Source of the DNA: Desulfobacterales bacterium
Lineage (GTDB): Bacteria > Desulfobacterota > Desulfobacteria > Desulfobacterales > UBA5616
Reading direction: 5' to 3'
NCBI GenBank assembly: GCA_046483495.1
Contig: JAWODC010000072.1
Location: 1-45,689 of the forward strand
DNA length: 45,689 nucleotides
The position numbers were made by a program, and so were the translations under genes. Under the pieces are notes generated by a model, which was not told the origin of the DNA, made no database searches, and saw nothing but the letters and a program-made list of their open reading frames with translations. This document shows, piece after piece, positions 8,589-17,867 of the stretch (position 1 is the stretch's first letter; the number at the start of each line of letters is the position of its first letter).

Positions 8589-9590
8589 CTATCCATTCTT
8601 AACCCGCGAATACACATCATCTCCCAGCCCGGAAGTTTCGCCGGCAGCTAAGTGATGAAATCCCGCCGCCGCAATCATGGCCGCGTTGTCACCGCACAAT
8701 GAAACAGAGGGGATATGTACGGCGATGCCGAGCCGCACGGCGTTTTCCGTCACCTTTTCTCTCAGGCGCTGATTCGCGGCAACACCTCCGACAAGACAAA
8801 TATCACGGCAATGCATCGTTTCAGCGGCATGGATGACCTTATAGGATAGAACATCCGTTACCGCTTCCTGGAACCCGGCCGCGATATCGGACACCTTTTT
8901 TTCTTCAAGGCCGGGATGGGTCTGAAGATATCGCAGAACGGCGGTTTTCAGGCCGCTGAAACTAAAATCAAAATTGCTTTTGTCCAGGTAGGGCCTGGGA
9001 AATTGAATTTTTTCCGGGCTCCCCGATCGCGCCGCATCTTCGACAACTCCACCCCCCGGATAACCCAGGCCGGTCATTTTAGCGACCTTGTCGAATGCCT
9101 CTCCCGCCGCATCGTCCCGGGTCCGGCCCATCAGTGCCATTTTCGTATAAGAGGTCACATAATAAATGCCGGTATGGCCGCCTGAGACCAGAAGAGCAAC
9201 AAAGGGAAACGCCGGAGAATCCTTCTCCAGAAAAACGGAATGCATATGACCTTCGAGGTGGTTTACGCCATAAAAGGGTATTTTTCGGGCATAGGCAAAT
9301 GCCCGGGCATAATTGAAGCCCACCAGCAGCGCACCGACCAGCCCCGGACCCTGAGTCGCGGCAGCGGCATCGATTTTTTCCGGTGCCATTTCCGCCCGAC
9401 CGACCGCCTCCTCCACAACAGCGACGATGGCTTCGATATGTTTACGGGAAGCCAGTTCCGGCACGACCCCGCCATAAGGATGATGCACGTCGATTTGGGA
9501 CGCCACGACAGAAGACAGTATCCGTCTGCCGTCCTCGACCAGTGCCGCCGCGGTTTCATCGCAACTGGTTTCGATACCTAAAACGATCAT
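8589..9590 (-). CDS. tsaD: tRNA N6-threonylcarbamoyltransferase TsaD
   Basis: MIVLGIETSCDET, YGGVVPELASRKH, NHLEGH, LVSGGHT, DDAAGEAFDK, DNAAMI; canonical start at 9590. Confidence 0.96.
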   Translation of the reverse strand: MIVLGIETSCDETAAALVEDGRRILSSVVASQIDVHHPYGGVVPELASRKHIEAIVAVVEEAVGRAEMAPEKIDAAAATQGPGLVGALLVGFNYARAFAYARKIPFYGVNHLEGHMHSVFLEKDSPAFPFVALLVSGGHTGIYYVTSYTKMALMGRTRDDAAGEAFDKVAKMTGLGYPGGGVVEDAARSGSPEKIQFPRPYLDKSNFDFSFSGLKTAVLRYLQTHPGLEEKKVSDIAAGFQEAVTDVLSYKVIHAAETMHCRDICLVGGVAANQRLREKVTENAVRLGIAVHIPSVSLCGDNAAMIAAAGFHHLAAGETSGLGDDVYSRVKNG

Positions 9591-9593
9591 AAT

Positions 9594-9625
9594 AAAAAAA
9601 CGGCCGAAATCATACGACTTCGGCC
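9594..9625 (-). terminator. Intrinsic terminator directly upstream of the tsaD ATG
   Basis: Minus strand reads GGCCGAAGTC-gtat-GATTTCGGCC-g-TTTTTTT. Confidence 0.75.
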
Positions 9626-9765
9626 CGCTTTTACCCGTCTTTCTCACCCCCCGGGTGGAAAATTCCGGGGCTGTCACCGGGCGCAGGGCTTTTGTCCTTT
9701 ATGGCCTTTTTCAACCCAACCGGCGACCCTAAGCACCACCGATTGTGCACCGCTGTAAATCCGCC
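9626..9765 (-). ncRNA. Candidate structured RNA of unknown family
   Basis: Stems GTCGCCGG/CCGGTGAC enclosing GGGTT/AGCCC, plus GCAC/GTGC and CCCCGG/CCGGGG, followed by the terminator. Confidence 0.4.
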
Positions 9766-9797
9766 TCAATATACGAAACATATCGCATCCTGTTCGG

Positions 9798-10841
9798 CTA
9801 TACCCATATCATTCGATCATCCGATTTTTCACGTTCGGCGATCTCGCCGATGACAAATGCCTTTTCTTTCATGGCGCCCAGCCGGTCCAGCACCTCCTGG
9901 GTGCTTTTTTCCGGGACCACCACGATCAGCCCGATGCCGTTGTTGAATGTCCGCATCATCTCCATCTCCGTCACCCTGCCGGCTTCCTGCAGGTACGTGA
10001 ATACGGGCGGAATATCCCAACTGCCTTTTTTCATGACCACCCGGCAGGATTTGGGGATGATGCGAAGCAGATTATCGATGATGCCGCCGCCGGTGATATG
10101 GGCCATCCCATGGATCGGCAAATCCCGCATCAATCCGTTTATCAATTCCGAATAAATCCGGGTGGGTTTGATCAGCTCTTCACCGATGGTGCAGCCCAAT
10201 TCCGCAACATGGGAATCGATGTCCAGCTTCAAAATGTCAAAGCAGATTTTCCTTACCAGCGAATACCCGTTGCTGTGAAGTCCGCTGGAAGCAATGCCGA
10301 TCAACTGATTGCCCACTTGGATCACCGATCCGTCGACGATTTTGGTGTCATCGACGATTCCAACGGCAAACCCCGCCAGGTCATACTCCTTTTCGTTATA
10401 CATACCCGGCATCTCGGCGGTTTCACCGCCGATCAGGGCGCACTGAGCTTCTTTGCAGCCCTCTCCGATACCGTTAATGATCTGGCATGCAATGACCGTG
10501 TCAAGCTTTCCCATGGACAAATAATCTAGAAAAAACAGAGGCTTGGCCCCCTGAACGGCAATATCGTTGACGCACATGGCAACCAGGTCGATCCCGACGG
10601 TATCATGCTTGTTCATCATTACGGCGATCTTTAATTTCGTCCCGACCCCGTCGGTCGAACTGACCAGCACCGGCCGCTCCAGGTGCTCCAGTTGGGGTGC
10701 GAAGAGTGCTCCGAATCCCCCGATATCACCCATCACCCCCCTGCGATGCGTCTGCTTGGCGATCTTTTTGATGTCATCGACAAAGCTGTTGGCCTTTTCG
10801 ATATTCACACCGGCATCCGCATATGTTAACGAGTCCGCCAT
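9798..10841 (-). CDS. purM: Phosphoribosylformylglycinamidine cyclo-ligase (AIR synthetase)
   Basis: LTYADAGV, TDGVGTK, GIDLVAMCVND, GGETAEMP, GLHSNGYSL, HITGGG; alternative start 10871. Confidence 0.96.
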   Translation of the reverse strand: MADSLTYADAGVNIEKANSFVDDIKKIAKQTHRRGVMGDIGGFGALFAPQLEHLERPVLVSSTDGVGTKLKIAVMMNKHDTVGIDLVAMCVNDIAVQGAKPLFFLDYLSMGKLDTVIACQIINGIGEGCKEAQCALIGGETAEMPGMYNEKEYDLAGFAVGIVDDTKIVDGSVIQVGNQLIGIASSGLHSNGYSLVRKICFDILKLDIDSHVAELGCTIGEELIKPTRIYSELINGLMRDLPIHGMAHITGGGIIDNLLRIIPKSCRVVMKKGSWDIPPVFTYLQEAGRVTEMEMMRTFNNGIGLIVVVPEKSTQEVLDRLGAMKEKAFVIGEIAEREKSDDRMIWV

Positions 10842-10896
10842 GCCGTGATCCTTCTGAAACGATTTCTTCATTTTTTCTCTTCTCCGAAGTCAGGAA

Positions 10897-10964
10897 AAAC
10901 TAAACCGAACCGACGTAAAAGTCAAAACAATTTTTTTGACATTCGGCATCCGGTATTGTAGCGT
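10897..10964. promoter_or_regulatory. Back-to-back sigma-70-like promoters for purM and alaC
   Basis: Minus strand TTGACT (10925-10920)-N17-TAGTTT; plus strand TTGACA (10936-10941)-N17-TAGCGT. Confidence 0.55.
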
Positions 10965-11138
10965 AACCGAACCGTTCACGTGACGTCCGGCAAATCCCCT
11001 CTACGAATGCAAAAAGTACATACATCGCGTTCACCAAGGTCCGGAAAAATGGCCATCGGCACTTGAAAATATAATGATATGGGTGTAATTAGGGTCGCTG
11101 TTTTGCTAGGAAGGGAACGGCTGTTCAAGGAGGAACAC

Positions 11139-11189
11139 GTGATCGCGTTTGTGCAAAACGCTTTGGAACCGAACCGCATTCTCGCCTGA
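11139..11189 (+). CDS. Candidate 16-aa upstream ORF ([16 protein letters not shown])
   Basis: SD AAGGAGG (11127-11133) 5 nt before GTG; TGA at 11187. Confidence 0.3.
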   Translation: MIAFVQNALEPNRILA

Positions 11190-11245
11190 GCAGCGGGTGG
11201 TGTGAAACCGCTTCCAATGACGCAGATGATGGATTAGAGGATCAC

Positions 11246-12415
11246 ATGAGACAGTTTGCCAGGTTAGACCGTCTGCCGCCGTATGTATTTTCGACAGTGA
11301 CGGAAATAAAAATGAAGGCCCGCCGAGCGGGTGAAGATGTTATCGATCTGGGTATGGGAAATCCGGATTTATGCACACCGGACCATATCGTCGAGAAACT
11401 GGTCGAAGCCGCCAGAAAACCCCAGAACCACCGGTATTCCGCGTCCAGGGGGATCACGAAATTGAGAATGGCCATATCCGATTGGTATAAACGCCGGTTC
11501 GACGTGGACATCGACCCGGAGAGAGAGTCCATCGTGACGATCGGTGCAAAAGAGGGAATTTCCCATCTGATCCTGGTCACGATCCGCCCCGGGGACGTCG
11601 TGTTCACTCCCAACCCGACATATCCGATCCATCCCTATTCCTCCATTATCGCCGGGGGGGACGTGCGCGGCATCCCAATGGGGCCGGACTGCGATTTTTT
11701 CGACAATCTCATGCATGCCACCAAGCAGACGTGGCCCAGGCCGAAGGTGTTGATCATCAGCTTTCCCCACAACCCGACCACCGAAGTAGTGGATCTCGAA
11801 TTTTTCCAAAAAGTTGTGGATTATGCCAAGGAAAACGACATCCTGGTTATCCATGATTTTGCTTATGCGGATCTGGTTTTTGACGGATATACGGCTCCTT
11901 CCATGATGCAGGCTGCAGGCGCCAAGGACGTAGGTGTTGAATTCTTTTCTCTTTCAAAAAGTTATAGTATGGCCGGATGGCGCGTGGGATTCTGCGTCGG
12001 GAATCCGGAAACAATCGCAGCACTGCAGCGGATCAAGAGTTACCTGGATTATGGCATATTTCAGCCCATTCAGATCGCATCGATCATTGCCTTAAACGGT
12101 CCCCAGGATTGCGTCGGCGAGATCGTGGAAACGTACCGGCAACGCCGGGATACGCTGATCACCGGGCTTAACCGGGTCGACTGGCCGGTGGAAAGCCCCA
12201 AGGGGACCATGTTCGTCTGGGCGAAAATACCCGAACGGTTCGCCCACATGGGATCACTGGAATTCTCGAAATTTTTGATCGAAGAAGCCCAGGTGGCCGT
12301 TTCACCGGGATTGGGATTTGGAGAATACGGCGACAGTTTCGTTCGATTCGCTTTGATTGAAAACAACATGCGCATTAACCAGGCCATCAGAGGAATTCGG
12401 AAAATCATGGGATAA
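11246..12415 (+). CDS. alaC: PLP-dependent class I/II aminotransferase, AlaC-like
   Basis: [38 protein letters not shown]; upstream of hom as often seen; LL-DAP aminotransferase not excluded. Confidence 0.8.
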   Translation: MRQFARLDRLPPYVFSTVTEIKMKARRAGEDVIDLGMGNPDLCTPDHIVEKLVEAARKPQNHRYSASRGITKLRMAISDWYKRRFDVDIDPERESIVTIGAKEGISHLILVTIRPGDVVFTPNPTYPIHPYSSIIAGGDVRGIPMGPDCDFFDNLMHATKQTWPRPKVLIISFPHNPTTEVVDLEFFQKVVDYAKENDILVIHDFAYADLVFDGYTAPSMMQAAGAKDVGVEFFSLSKSYSMAGWRVGFCVGNPETIAALQRIKSYLDYGIFQPIQIASIIALNGPQDCVGEIVETYRQRRDTLITGLNRVDWPVESPKGTMFVWAKIPERFAHMGSLEFSKFLIEEAQVAVSPGLGFGEYGDSFVRFALIENNMRINQAIRGIRKIMG

Positions 12416-12467
12416 CCGGGCCTTTCATGGGAAGACTCCGTTAACAGACAGGATTGGAATCGCGGGA

Positions 12468-13784
12468 ATGAAAGAGGTCAATGTAGGATTACTGGGATTC
12501 GGCACAGTTGGAACCGGTGTGGCAAAAATTCTGCTCGAAAGTGCGGATATGATCACCAACCGGTTGGGCGCCGCTTTACGCCTGAAGAAGATCGCCGATA
12601 TCGACACGACCACCGATCGGGGCATTGTACTTGCAAACGGCATGCTGACCCCTCATGCCGAGGATGTGATCAGTGACCCGGACATTCATATCATTGTCGA
12701 ACTGATCGGCGGCCGAACCACTGCAAAGGACCTCATTCTCGAGGCAATGGACGGCGGCAAGCATATCGTGACAGCGAATAAGGCCCTGCTGGCACACGAT
12801 GGGAATGTCCTGTTGGAAGCGGCTCGGTCCAAACGGGTGGACCTGGCGTTCGAAGCATCCGTCGGGGGATGCATGCCCATTATCAAAACACTGAAGGAAT
12901 CCCTGGCGGGCAACGCCATCGAGGCCATGACCGGCATCCTGAACGGCACCTGCAATTACATCCTCTCGCGAATATCCGATGATGGTTTGACATTCGATGC
13001 GGCGCTGGCCGAAGCACGAAAAGAAGGATTCGCCGAAGCCGATCCCACCCTGGATATCGAAGGCCACGACACCGCACACAAGCTGGCGATCCTCAATGCA
13101 TTGGCCTTTGGAACCGATTTTGATTTAGGCGCTGTTTACGTGGAAGGCATCAGCCGGATCACTCCGCTGGATATCGCCTTTGCCCGGCAATTCGGGTATC
13201 GAATCAAGCTGCTGGCCATTGGAAAAGATACGGGAGAGGCCATCGAAGCCCGGGTGCACCCCACCATGATTCCCGTTGTCAATCCGCTCTCCGACATCAA
13301 TGGATCATTGAACGCCGTCACCATCGCCGGAGACCGAACCGGAGACCTGGTGCTGTCCGGATATGGTGCCGGCATGTTCCCAACGGCAAGTGCGGTAGTC
13401 GGCGATATCGTGGACCTGGCCCGAAATCTTCTGTGCGGCTGCTCCGAACGCGTTCCCACCATGTCGTTTATCCCGGAAACGTTGAATCGCCGTCCGGTGC
13501 TGCCGATCGAAAACCTGGTGACGCATTACTATTTCCGTTTTGCCGCAGTGGATCGGCCCGGTGTGCTTTCAAAAATTTCAGGAATACTGGGAGATCACAA
13601 CATCAGCCTCAAGTCGGTTCATCAGAAAGGCCGCAAAAGCGAAGGACCGGTTCCCATCGTGATGTTCACCCATTTAGCCGTTGAATCGGAAGTCCGCACG
13701 GCATTGAAGGTGATTTGGGATCTCGACGTGGTAACCGCACCTCCCATCCTTATTCGAATCGAAGATGAAAACAGTGAAGATTGA
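12468..13784 (+). CDS. hom: Homoserine dehydrogenase with C-terminal ACT domain
   Basis: GFGTVG, VTANK, FEASVGG, GILNGTCN, AEADPT, DRPGVLSKI. Confidence 0.95.
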   Translation: MKEVNVGLLGFGTVGTGVAKILLESADMITNRLGAALRLKKIADIDTTTDRGIVLANGMLTPHAEDVISDPDIHIIVELIGGRTTAKDLILEAMDGGKHIVTANKALLAHDGNVLLEAARSKRVDLAFEASVGGCMPIIKTLKESLAGNAIEAMTGILNGTCNYILSRISDDGLTFDAALAEARKEGFAEADPTLDIEGHDTAHKLAILNALAFGTDFDLGAVYVEGISRITPLDIAFARQFGYRIKLLAIGKDTGEAIEARVHPTMIPVVNPLSDINGSLNAVTIAGDRTGDLVLSGYGAGMFPTASAVVGDIVDLARNLLCGCSERVPTMSFIPETLNRRPVLPIENLVTHYYFRFAAVDRPGVLSKISGILGDHNISLKSVHQKGRKSEGPVPIVMFTHLAVESEVRTALKVIWDLDVVTAPPILIRIEDENSED

Positions 13785-13871
13785 TTGGGCCCGGAGGGGT
13801 GGAAGAGTATGCTGTATGCTTCCGGTATCCGCCTCTCGAAGATCGTGAACAATGGACTGGAGAAAGGCATC

Positions 13872-14492
13872 ATGCACCTGGTTTGCTCTGATTTGGAAGG
13901 CATTTTTGTACCGGAGATCTGGATCGAGGTATCCAAAAAAACCGGCATTGAAGAACTGCGGCTGACCACCCGGGATATCCCCGATTACGATGTGCTGATG
14001 AAGCGGCGCATCGACATCCTGAACCAAAACAGCCTCCGCATTCAGGACATCACCACCGTCATCGACGGCATGCATCCCCTGGACGGGGCCGATGATTTTC
14101 TGAACTGGCTAAGGACCCGCACCCCGATCATCATCGTGTCGGACACGTTTGACCAGTTCGCCGGCCCCCTGATGAGCAAGCTCGGCCACCCCACCCTTTT
14201 CTGCAATACACTGGTAATCGAACCGGACGGCAGGATTTCCGGGTACCGCCTCCGCCGGCAGGACGGAAAAAAGGAGACGGTTTCTGCGCTGAAAAGCCTG
14301 AACTTCAAGATCATCGCGATAGGGGATTCCTACAACGACATCACCATGCTGAAGGCCGCGGACAACGGATTCCTCTTCAGGCCGCCGGAAAACGTGATCG
14401 CCGAATTTCCTGAATTGCCGGTGACCCGGGAATATGACCAAATCAAGGAATTCATCGGGAAAATACTGGCGAACCACCGGACCCGCGGATAA
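13872..14492 (+). CDS. thrH: Phosphoserine phosphatase / homoserine phosphotransferase (HAD family)
   Basis: DLEGIFVPEIWI, TTRDIPDYDVLM, SDTF, GDSYND. Confidence 0.92.
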   Translation: MHLVCSDLEGIFVPEIWIEVSKKTGIEELRLTTRDIPDYDVLMKRRIDILNQNSLRIQDITTVIDGMHPLDGADDFLNWLRTRTPIIIVSDTFDQFAGPLMSKLGHPTLFCNTLVIEPDGRISGYRLRRQDGKKETVSALKSLNFKIIAIGDSYNDITMLKAADNGFLFRPPENVIAEFPELPVTREYDQIKEFIGKILANHRTRG

Positions 14493-14543
14493 AAGGGCGC
14501 CGTGGAAACTCGTGTTAACATGCACCGGTAAAACTCGAGACGA

Positions 14544-14867
14544 ATGGCCAAACCCGTACATGCCATCCCTTTTTTGACCGAACACTCCGATGGAATGGTC
14601 CTGAAGGTATACGTACAGCCCCGTTCATCGAAAAATATGATCGCCGGACGGCATGAAGACGCCCTTAAAGTAAAGCTTACAGCACCGCCGGTAAGCGGTG
14701 CTGCCAATAAAATGTGCATCGACTACATGGCCAAATGTTTGAAAATGCCTAAATCCTGCATTTCTCTTCTCTCCGGCGAGGCAAGCCGGCACAAACGCAT
14801 TTTGATCGCCTGCAAAGATGCGGCCACCCGTTCTAAAATATTAAAGTATTTTGAAGGCTTAAGCTGA
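14544..14867 (+). CDS. DUF167 / YggU (UPF0235) family protein
   Basis: VYVQPRSSK, LKVKLTAPPVSGAAN, GEASRHK. Confidence 0.85.
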   Translation: MAKPVHAIPFLTEHSDGMVLKVYVQPRSSKNMIAGRHEDALKVKLTAPPVSGAANKMCIDYMAKCLKMPKSCISLLSGEASRHKRILIACKDAATRSKILKYFEGLS

Positions 14868-14924
14868 TTCCAAAATATTCCTTGACTTGAGGTGTCTAAT
14901 ATTTTAAAAAGAAAAATTACGTGA

Positions 14925-15001
<77 letters not shown>

Positions 15002-15016
15002 ATCTATGAATCCAGG

Positions 15017-15051
15017 AGGTTACGATTTTTTTTCGAAGCCTCTTTTTTTTT
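15017..15051 (+). terminator. Intrinsic terminator after the tRNA
   Basis: GAGGTT-a-CGA...TCG-A-AGCCTC followed by a long T run. Confidence 0.6.
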
Positions 15052-15319
15052 GTGGTCAAGTCAATACCCCGGAATATACCCGCATAAAGGTCTTGAAACC
15101 ACTTCCAATCCAATCTATGATTGACATTTGGTAAATGATATTTTTTATTCGAATCGTTATCGAACGCTTTATACATGAGCCTGCCGAATCGACTTGTGAG
15201 GTTTGACAGGCTGTCTTGCCTCTGTTTTTTTTGCGGCTTTGAAATCCCAACCTCTTTTCGGCCGGAAATCGCGAAGCAGAGACTCAACCATTTCACATTT
15301 ATTGAAGGAGGTTTTACCT

Positions 15320-16564
15320 ATGCAACAGTTCAGGAAGCAGAGAATGTTAACCACGCTGATCGTTTCTATCGGATTGTTACTGGCTTTTACGGGGGTCACA
15401 CCGGCCGCGACTCCCAAGCCCGGGGATGTAATTGATTCGAGCAACATTGACCGGTACCAGGAATACTTTCCCATGTTTATGCAGCGGTACATCAAAGACG
15501 GATGGGGAATTGAAGAGCCGGTGGTTATCAAAGTCCGGGAACACAAAGTCGTTCCCCTGACCAAGGGCTACATCGAGGCGTCCAAAAAAAATATGGAGAC
15601 ATGCAAGCTGACCGAAGACGGTATGCTCGAGGGATACAGTGGATCCGGTGCGCCGTTTCCGGAGCTCAAGGAACCCAACATCGGCCTGAAGGCCATGTGG
15701 AACCAGTTCTATAAGAATTTCCCGGATGATTGGCTGATCCCCACATCCTATCTGACCATCCAAAAGAGAAAAGGAAGTGACCGGGTCAGCATCTCGGACT
15801 CGACCAATGAACAATTATTTTTCTCCGGCCGCACCCAAATCGAGCCCCTACCGGAATTGAACAACCCCAAAAATTTGTTTTGGGCCAGCAAACTGGATTC
15901 CAAGACCCCGCCCAACAAGGATATGGCGACACTGACCTGGCGATACAAGGATCCCACAAAATTCGACGACATGTGGACCTATGTTCCCACCCTCAGACGG
16001 ACATTGCGGCTGGTATCCTCTGAACGGGCCAACCCTGTCCGTGGAACCGCTTACACCTGGGATGACTTTTACGGTTTTGATGGAAAAATCCCTTTCTTCA
16101 CGTACAAGCTGATCGGCGAACAGACGGTCCTTAATCTAAAACAGCAGGCATCGGTAGCCGAGGAAATCGATCGGGAAAACTTCCCGTGGCACCCCGTTCT
16201 CTTCAAAAACACCGAGGAGTATGAAGAATTCGAACCCGTGCCCTGCTACGTGATCGAAATCCGTTCCAAGGATCCGCGGTATCCCCAGGATCGAAAAATC
16301 GTGTGGCTGGATAAGACCCGGTTCTTTGTTTTATATGCCCAGATGTTTGACAAGAAAGGCGAATTCTGGAAGGGGTTCTGGAACGGCGGCCAGATTAGGC
16401 CGGTCGAGACCACCTATGGGGAAGAACCCATGGTTGTGCAGAGCAGCAGCGGTATTACCGATTTTAAAACGGGCTATTGGGTCCAAACGCTCACCGGCGT
16501 GCTTGAAATGAACAAAGGCGCTGATCCAAACTATTTTCAACCGGGAACACTCGGAACCTTTTAA
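15320..16564 (+). CDS. DUF1329-like exported protein (LolA-like superfamily)
   Basis: AAGGAGG RBS; signal peptide; PGDVIDSSN, GAPFP, WTYVPTLRRTLRL, TWDDFYGFDG, FDKKGEFWK. Confidence 0.8.
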   Translation: MQQFRKQRMLTTLIVSIGLLLAFTGVTPAATPKPGDVIDSSNIDRYQEYFPMFMQRYIKDGWGIEEPVVIKVREHKVVPLTKGYIEASKKNMETCKLTEDGMLEGYSGSGAPFPELKEPNIGLKAMWNQFYKNFPDDWLIPTSYLTIQKRKGSDRVSISDSTNEQLFFSGRTQIEPLPELNNPKNLFWASKLDSKTPPNKDMATLTWRYKDPTKFDDMWTYVPTLRRTLRLVSSERANPVRGTAYTWDDFYGFDGKIPFFTYKLIGEQTVLNLKQQASVAEEIDRENFPWHPVLFKNTEEYEEFEPVPCYVIEIRSKDPRYPQDRKIVWLDKTRFFVLYAQMFDKKGEFWKGFWNGGQIRPVETTYGEEPMVVQSSSGITDFKTGYWVQTLTGVLEMNKGADPNYFQPGTLGTF

Positions 16565-16587
16565 AATAGAAACAAAGGTAATTCATC

Positions 16588-16622
16588 AGCCCGAAGGAAA
16601 GTATGTTTCCGGGCCGTTTTTC
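16588..16622 (+). terminator. Probable terminator after the DUF1329-like gene
   Basis: GCCCG...CGGGC hairpin followed by a T run. Confidence 0.45.
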
Positions 16623-16661
16623 TCCCTTCCCGCTTCCCCATCATGGAAGCGCAAAGAGATC

Positions 16662-16694
16662 CGGTGGGGTTAAGAGGCGTTCTTGACCCCACCG
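16662..16694. repeat. REP-like palindrome
   Basis: cggtggggttaaga-ggcgt-tcttgaccccaccg (14-bp arms, one G-U-type pair). Confidence 0.6.
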
Positions 16695-16827
16695 TTACCC
16701 CTGATACGTAATCCACTTAATTTTTTCGAGATATCCGGGGGAAGAGACGAAATCGGCCTGCTTGACAAATTTTCTTTTCTGTTGATCCGTCATGATAATC
16801 ATTTTCCAGCACAGCAAGGCAATGAGC

Positions 16828-17262
16828 TTAAATATAGAGTAAGTGAATCCTATCCCCGCATTTTATTTTTCCGCCGGTCAGTACACGGCCGAAAACACCT
16901 TCCCGCGGCATAATGCAATCACCGTTTTTATAATAAATGGCGCATCTTCGATGGCAGTTTTTGCCGATCTGCGTTATCTCTATCACCACCGCCTCACCAA
17001 GCTGTACACGCGTGCCGATGGGGACGGTCTTCCAATCGATTCCCTTTGTTGCAATATTTTCAGCAAAATCACCAAAGGTTGCATGAAGTCCCCTTTTTCT
17101 TTCCAATTCGATGCTTTCAGAAGATAAAAAACTGACCTGACGATGCCATTGGCCGGCATGGGCATCCCCTTTCAATCCGTAATTCTTTAGCACTTCCGCT
17201 TCCGGCATCAGCTTTTTTGCGGTCCCCTGTTTTTTGCTGATTGCAATGGATACAATTTTCAT
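16828..17262 (-). CDS. MOSC domain protein
   Basis: GLKGDAHAG, RQVSFL, GDFAEN, ITQIGKNCH..C, CIMPREG. Confidence 0.9.
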   Translation of the reverse strand: MKIVSIAISKKQGTAKKLMPEAEVLKNYGLKGDAHAGQWHRQVSFLSSESIELERKRGLHATFGDFAENIATKGIDWKTVPIGTRVQLGEAVVIEITQIGKNCHRRCAIYYKNGDCIMPREGVFGRVLTGGKIKCGDRIHLLYI

Positions 17263-17395
17263 GAGTCGATCTCCAGCCGGGTATTTCTTTTACTTGCCGC
17301 ACGTATTGCCTGAGAGCCCTTCACAAGCATACGTTGCCCATCAAAAGTCTCGTAATCCAATTTTGCCTTCCATAACAGATGGTTGGCCCATTCGC

Positions 17396-17866
17396 TTACA
17401 CATCGTGCGGATACCAGAACTTAAACACGTGTTTTTCAGCTTGGGTTTTCACCAGGCAAATCACGCCGTATTTTCCTCTTTGTTCAAACGTGAAATTTGC
17501 GGCAAACATCCCGGAATAATTCTTCAAGCCGGCGATCTGTTCCTCTTTATCCGGCCCGATCACCTTCACCTTTCCGACCAAATCCCGGATTCGCCGGCCG
17601 GTATCGTCATCGATGAATGTGACCATAATATGATGGGTCGCCCCTTTGGCGTCCGTCATGTTCATGCCGGACAGGCTCATCACCTGGAATTCCGCTCGTA
17701 TGCCGTCAACGACCCCGGAATGTTTGAACGTCCCGGCGGGAACAGGGTGCTCCATGGATGTCTGCTTGCCGGATCCGGATACGACATGCATGTCAGCGGA
17801 TACCACCGCCGTCCCCCAGATTGCGGTTGAAATTATGGACACCATTATTAAAGCATTCTTTTTCAT
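17396..17866 (-). CDS. Exported hypothetical protein with His/Met motifs, last gene of the cus operon
   Basis: AGGAGG RBS overlapping the cusA end; signal-peptide-like N-terminus; SMEH, MNM, THHIMV. Confidence 0.75.
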   Translation of the reverse strand: MKKNALIMVSIISTAIWGTAVVSADMHVVSGSGKQTSMEHPVPAGTFKHSGVVDGIRAEFQVMSLSGMNMTDAKGATHHIMVTFIDDDTGRRIRDLVGKVKVIGPDKEEQIAGLKNYSGMFAANFTFEQRGKYGVICLVKTQAEKHVFKFWYPHDV

Positions 17867-17867
17867 T

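Noticed and set aside
8105..8651. Short ORFs with HHPSPIT, YRYR or DTDT repeats
   Set aside because: Translations of the heptamer and hexamer DNA arrays
9591..9677. N-terminal extension of TsaD
   Set aside because: Passes through the terminator hairpin; TsaD proteins typically start at MxVLGIETSCD
9670..9735. Guanidine-I/ykkC riboswitch (TAGGGT and GGACAAAAGCCC on the minus strand)
   Set aside because: Only fragments match; other conserved segments are missing and the gene context does not fit; kept as an unknown RNA
11025..11120. Glutamine (glnA-motif) riboswitch suggested by CGTTCA...GGAA...GGAACG
   Set aside because: Lacks the GGAAGTA core and the spacing is too long
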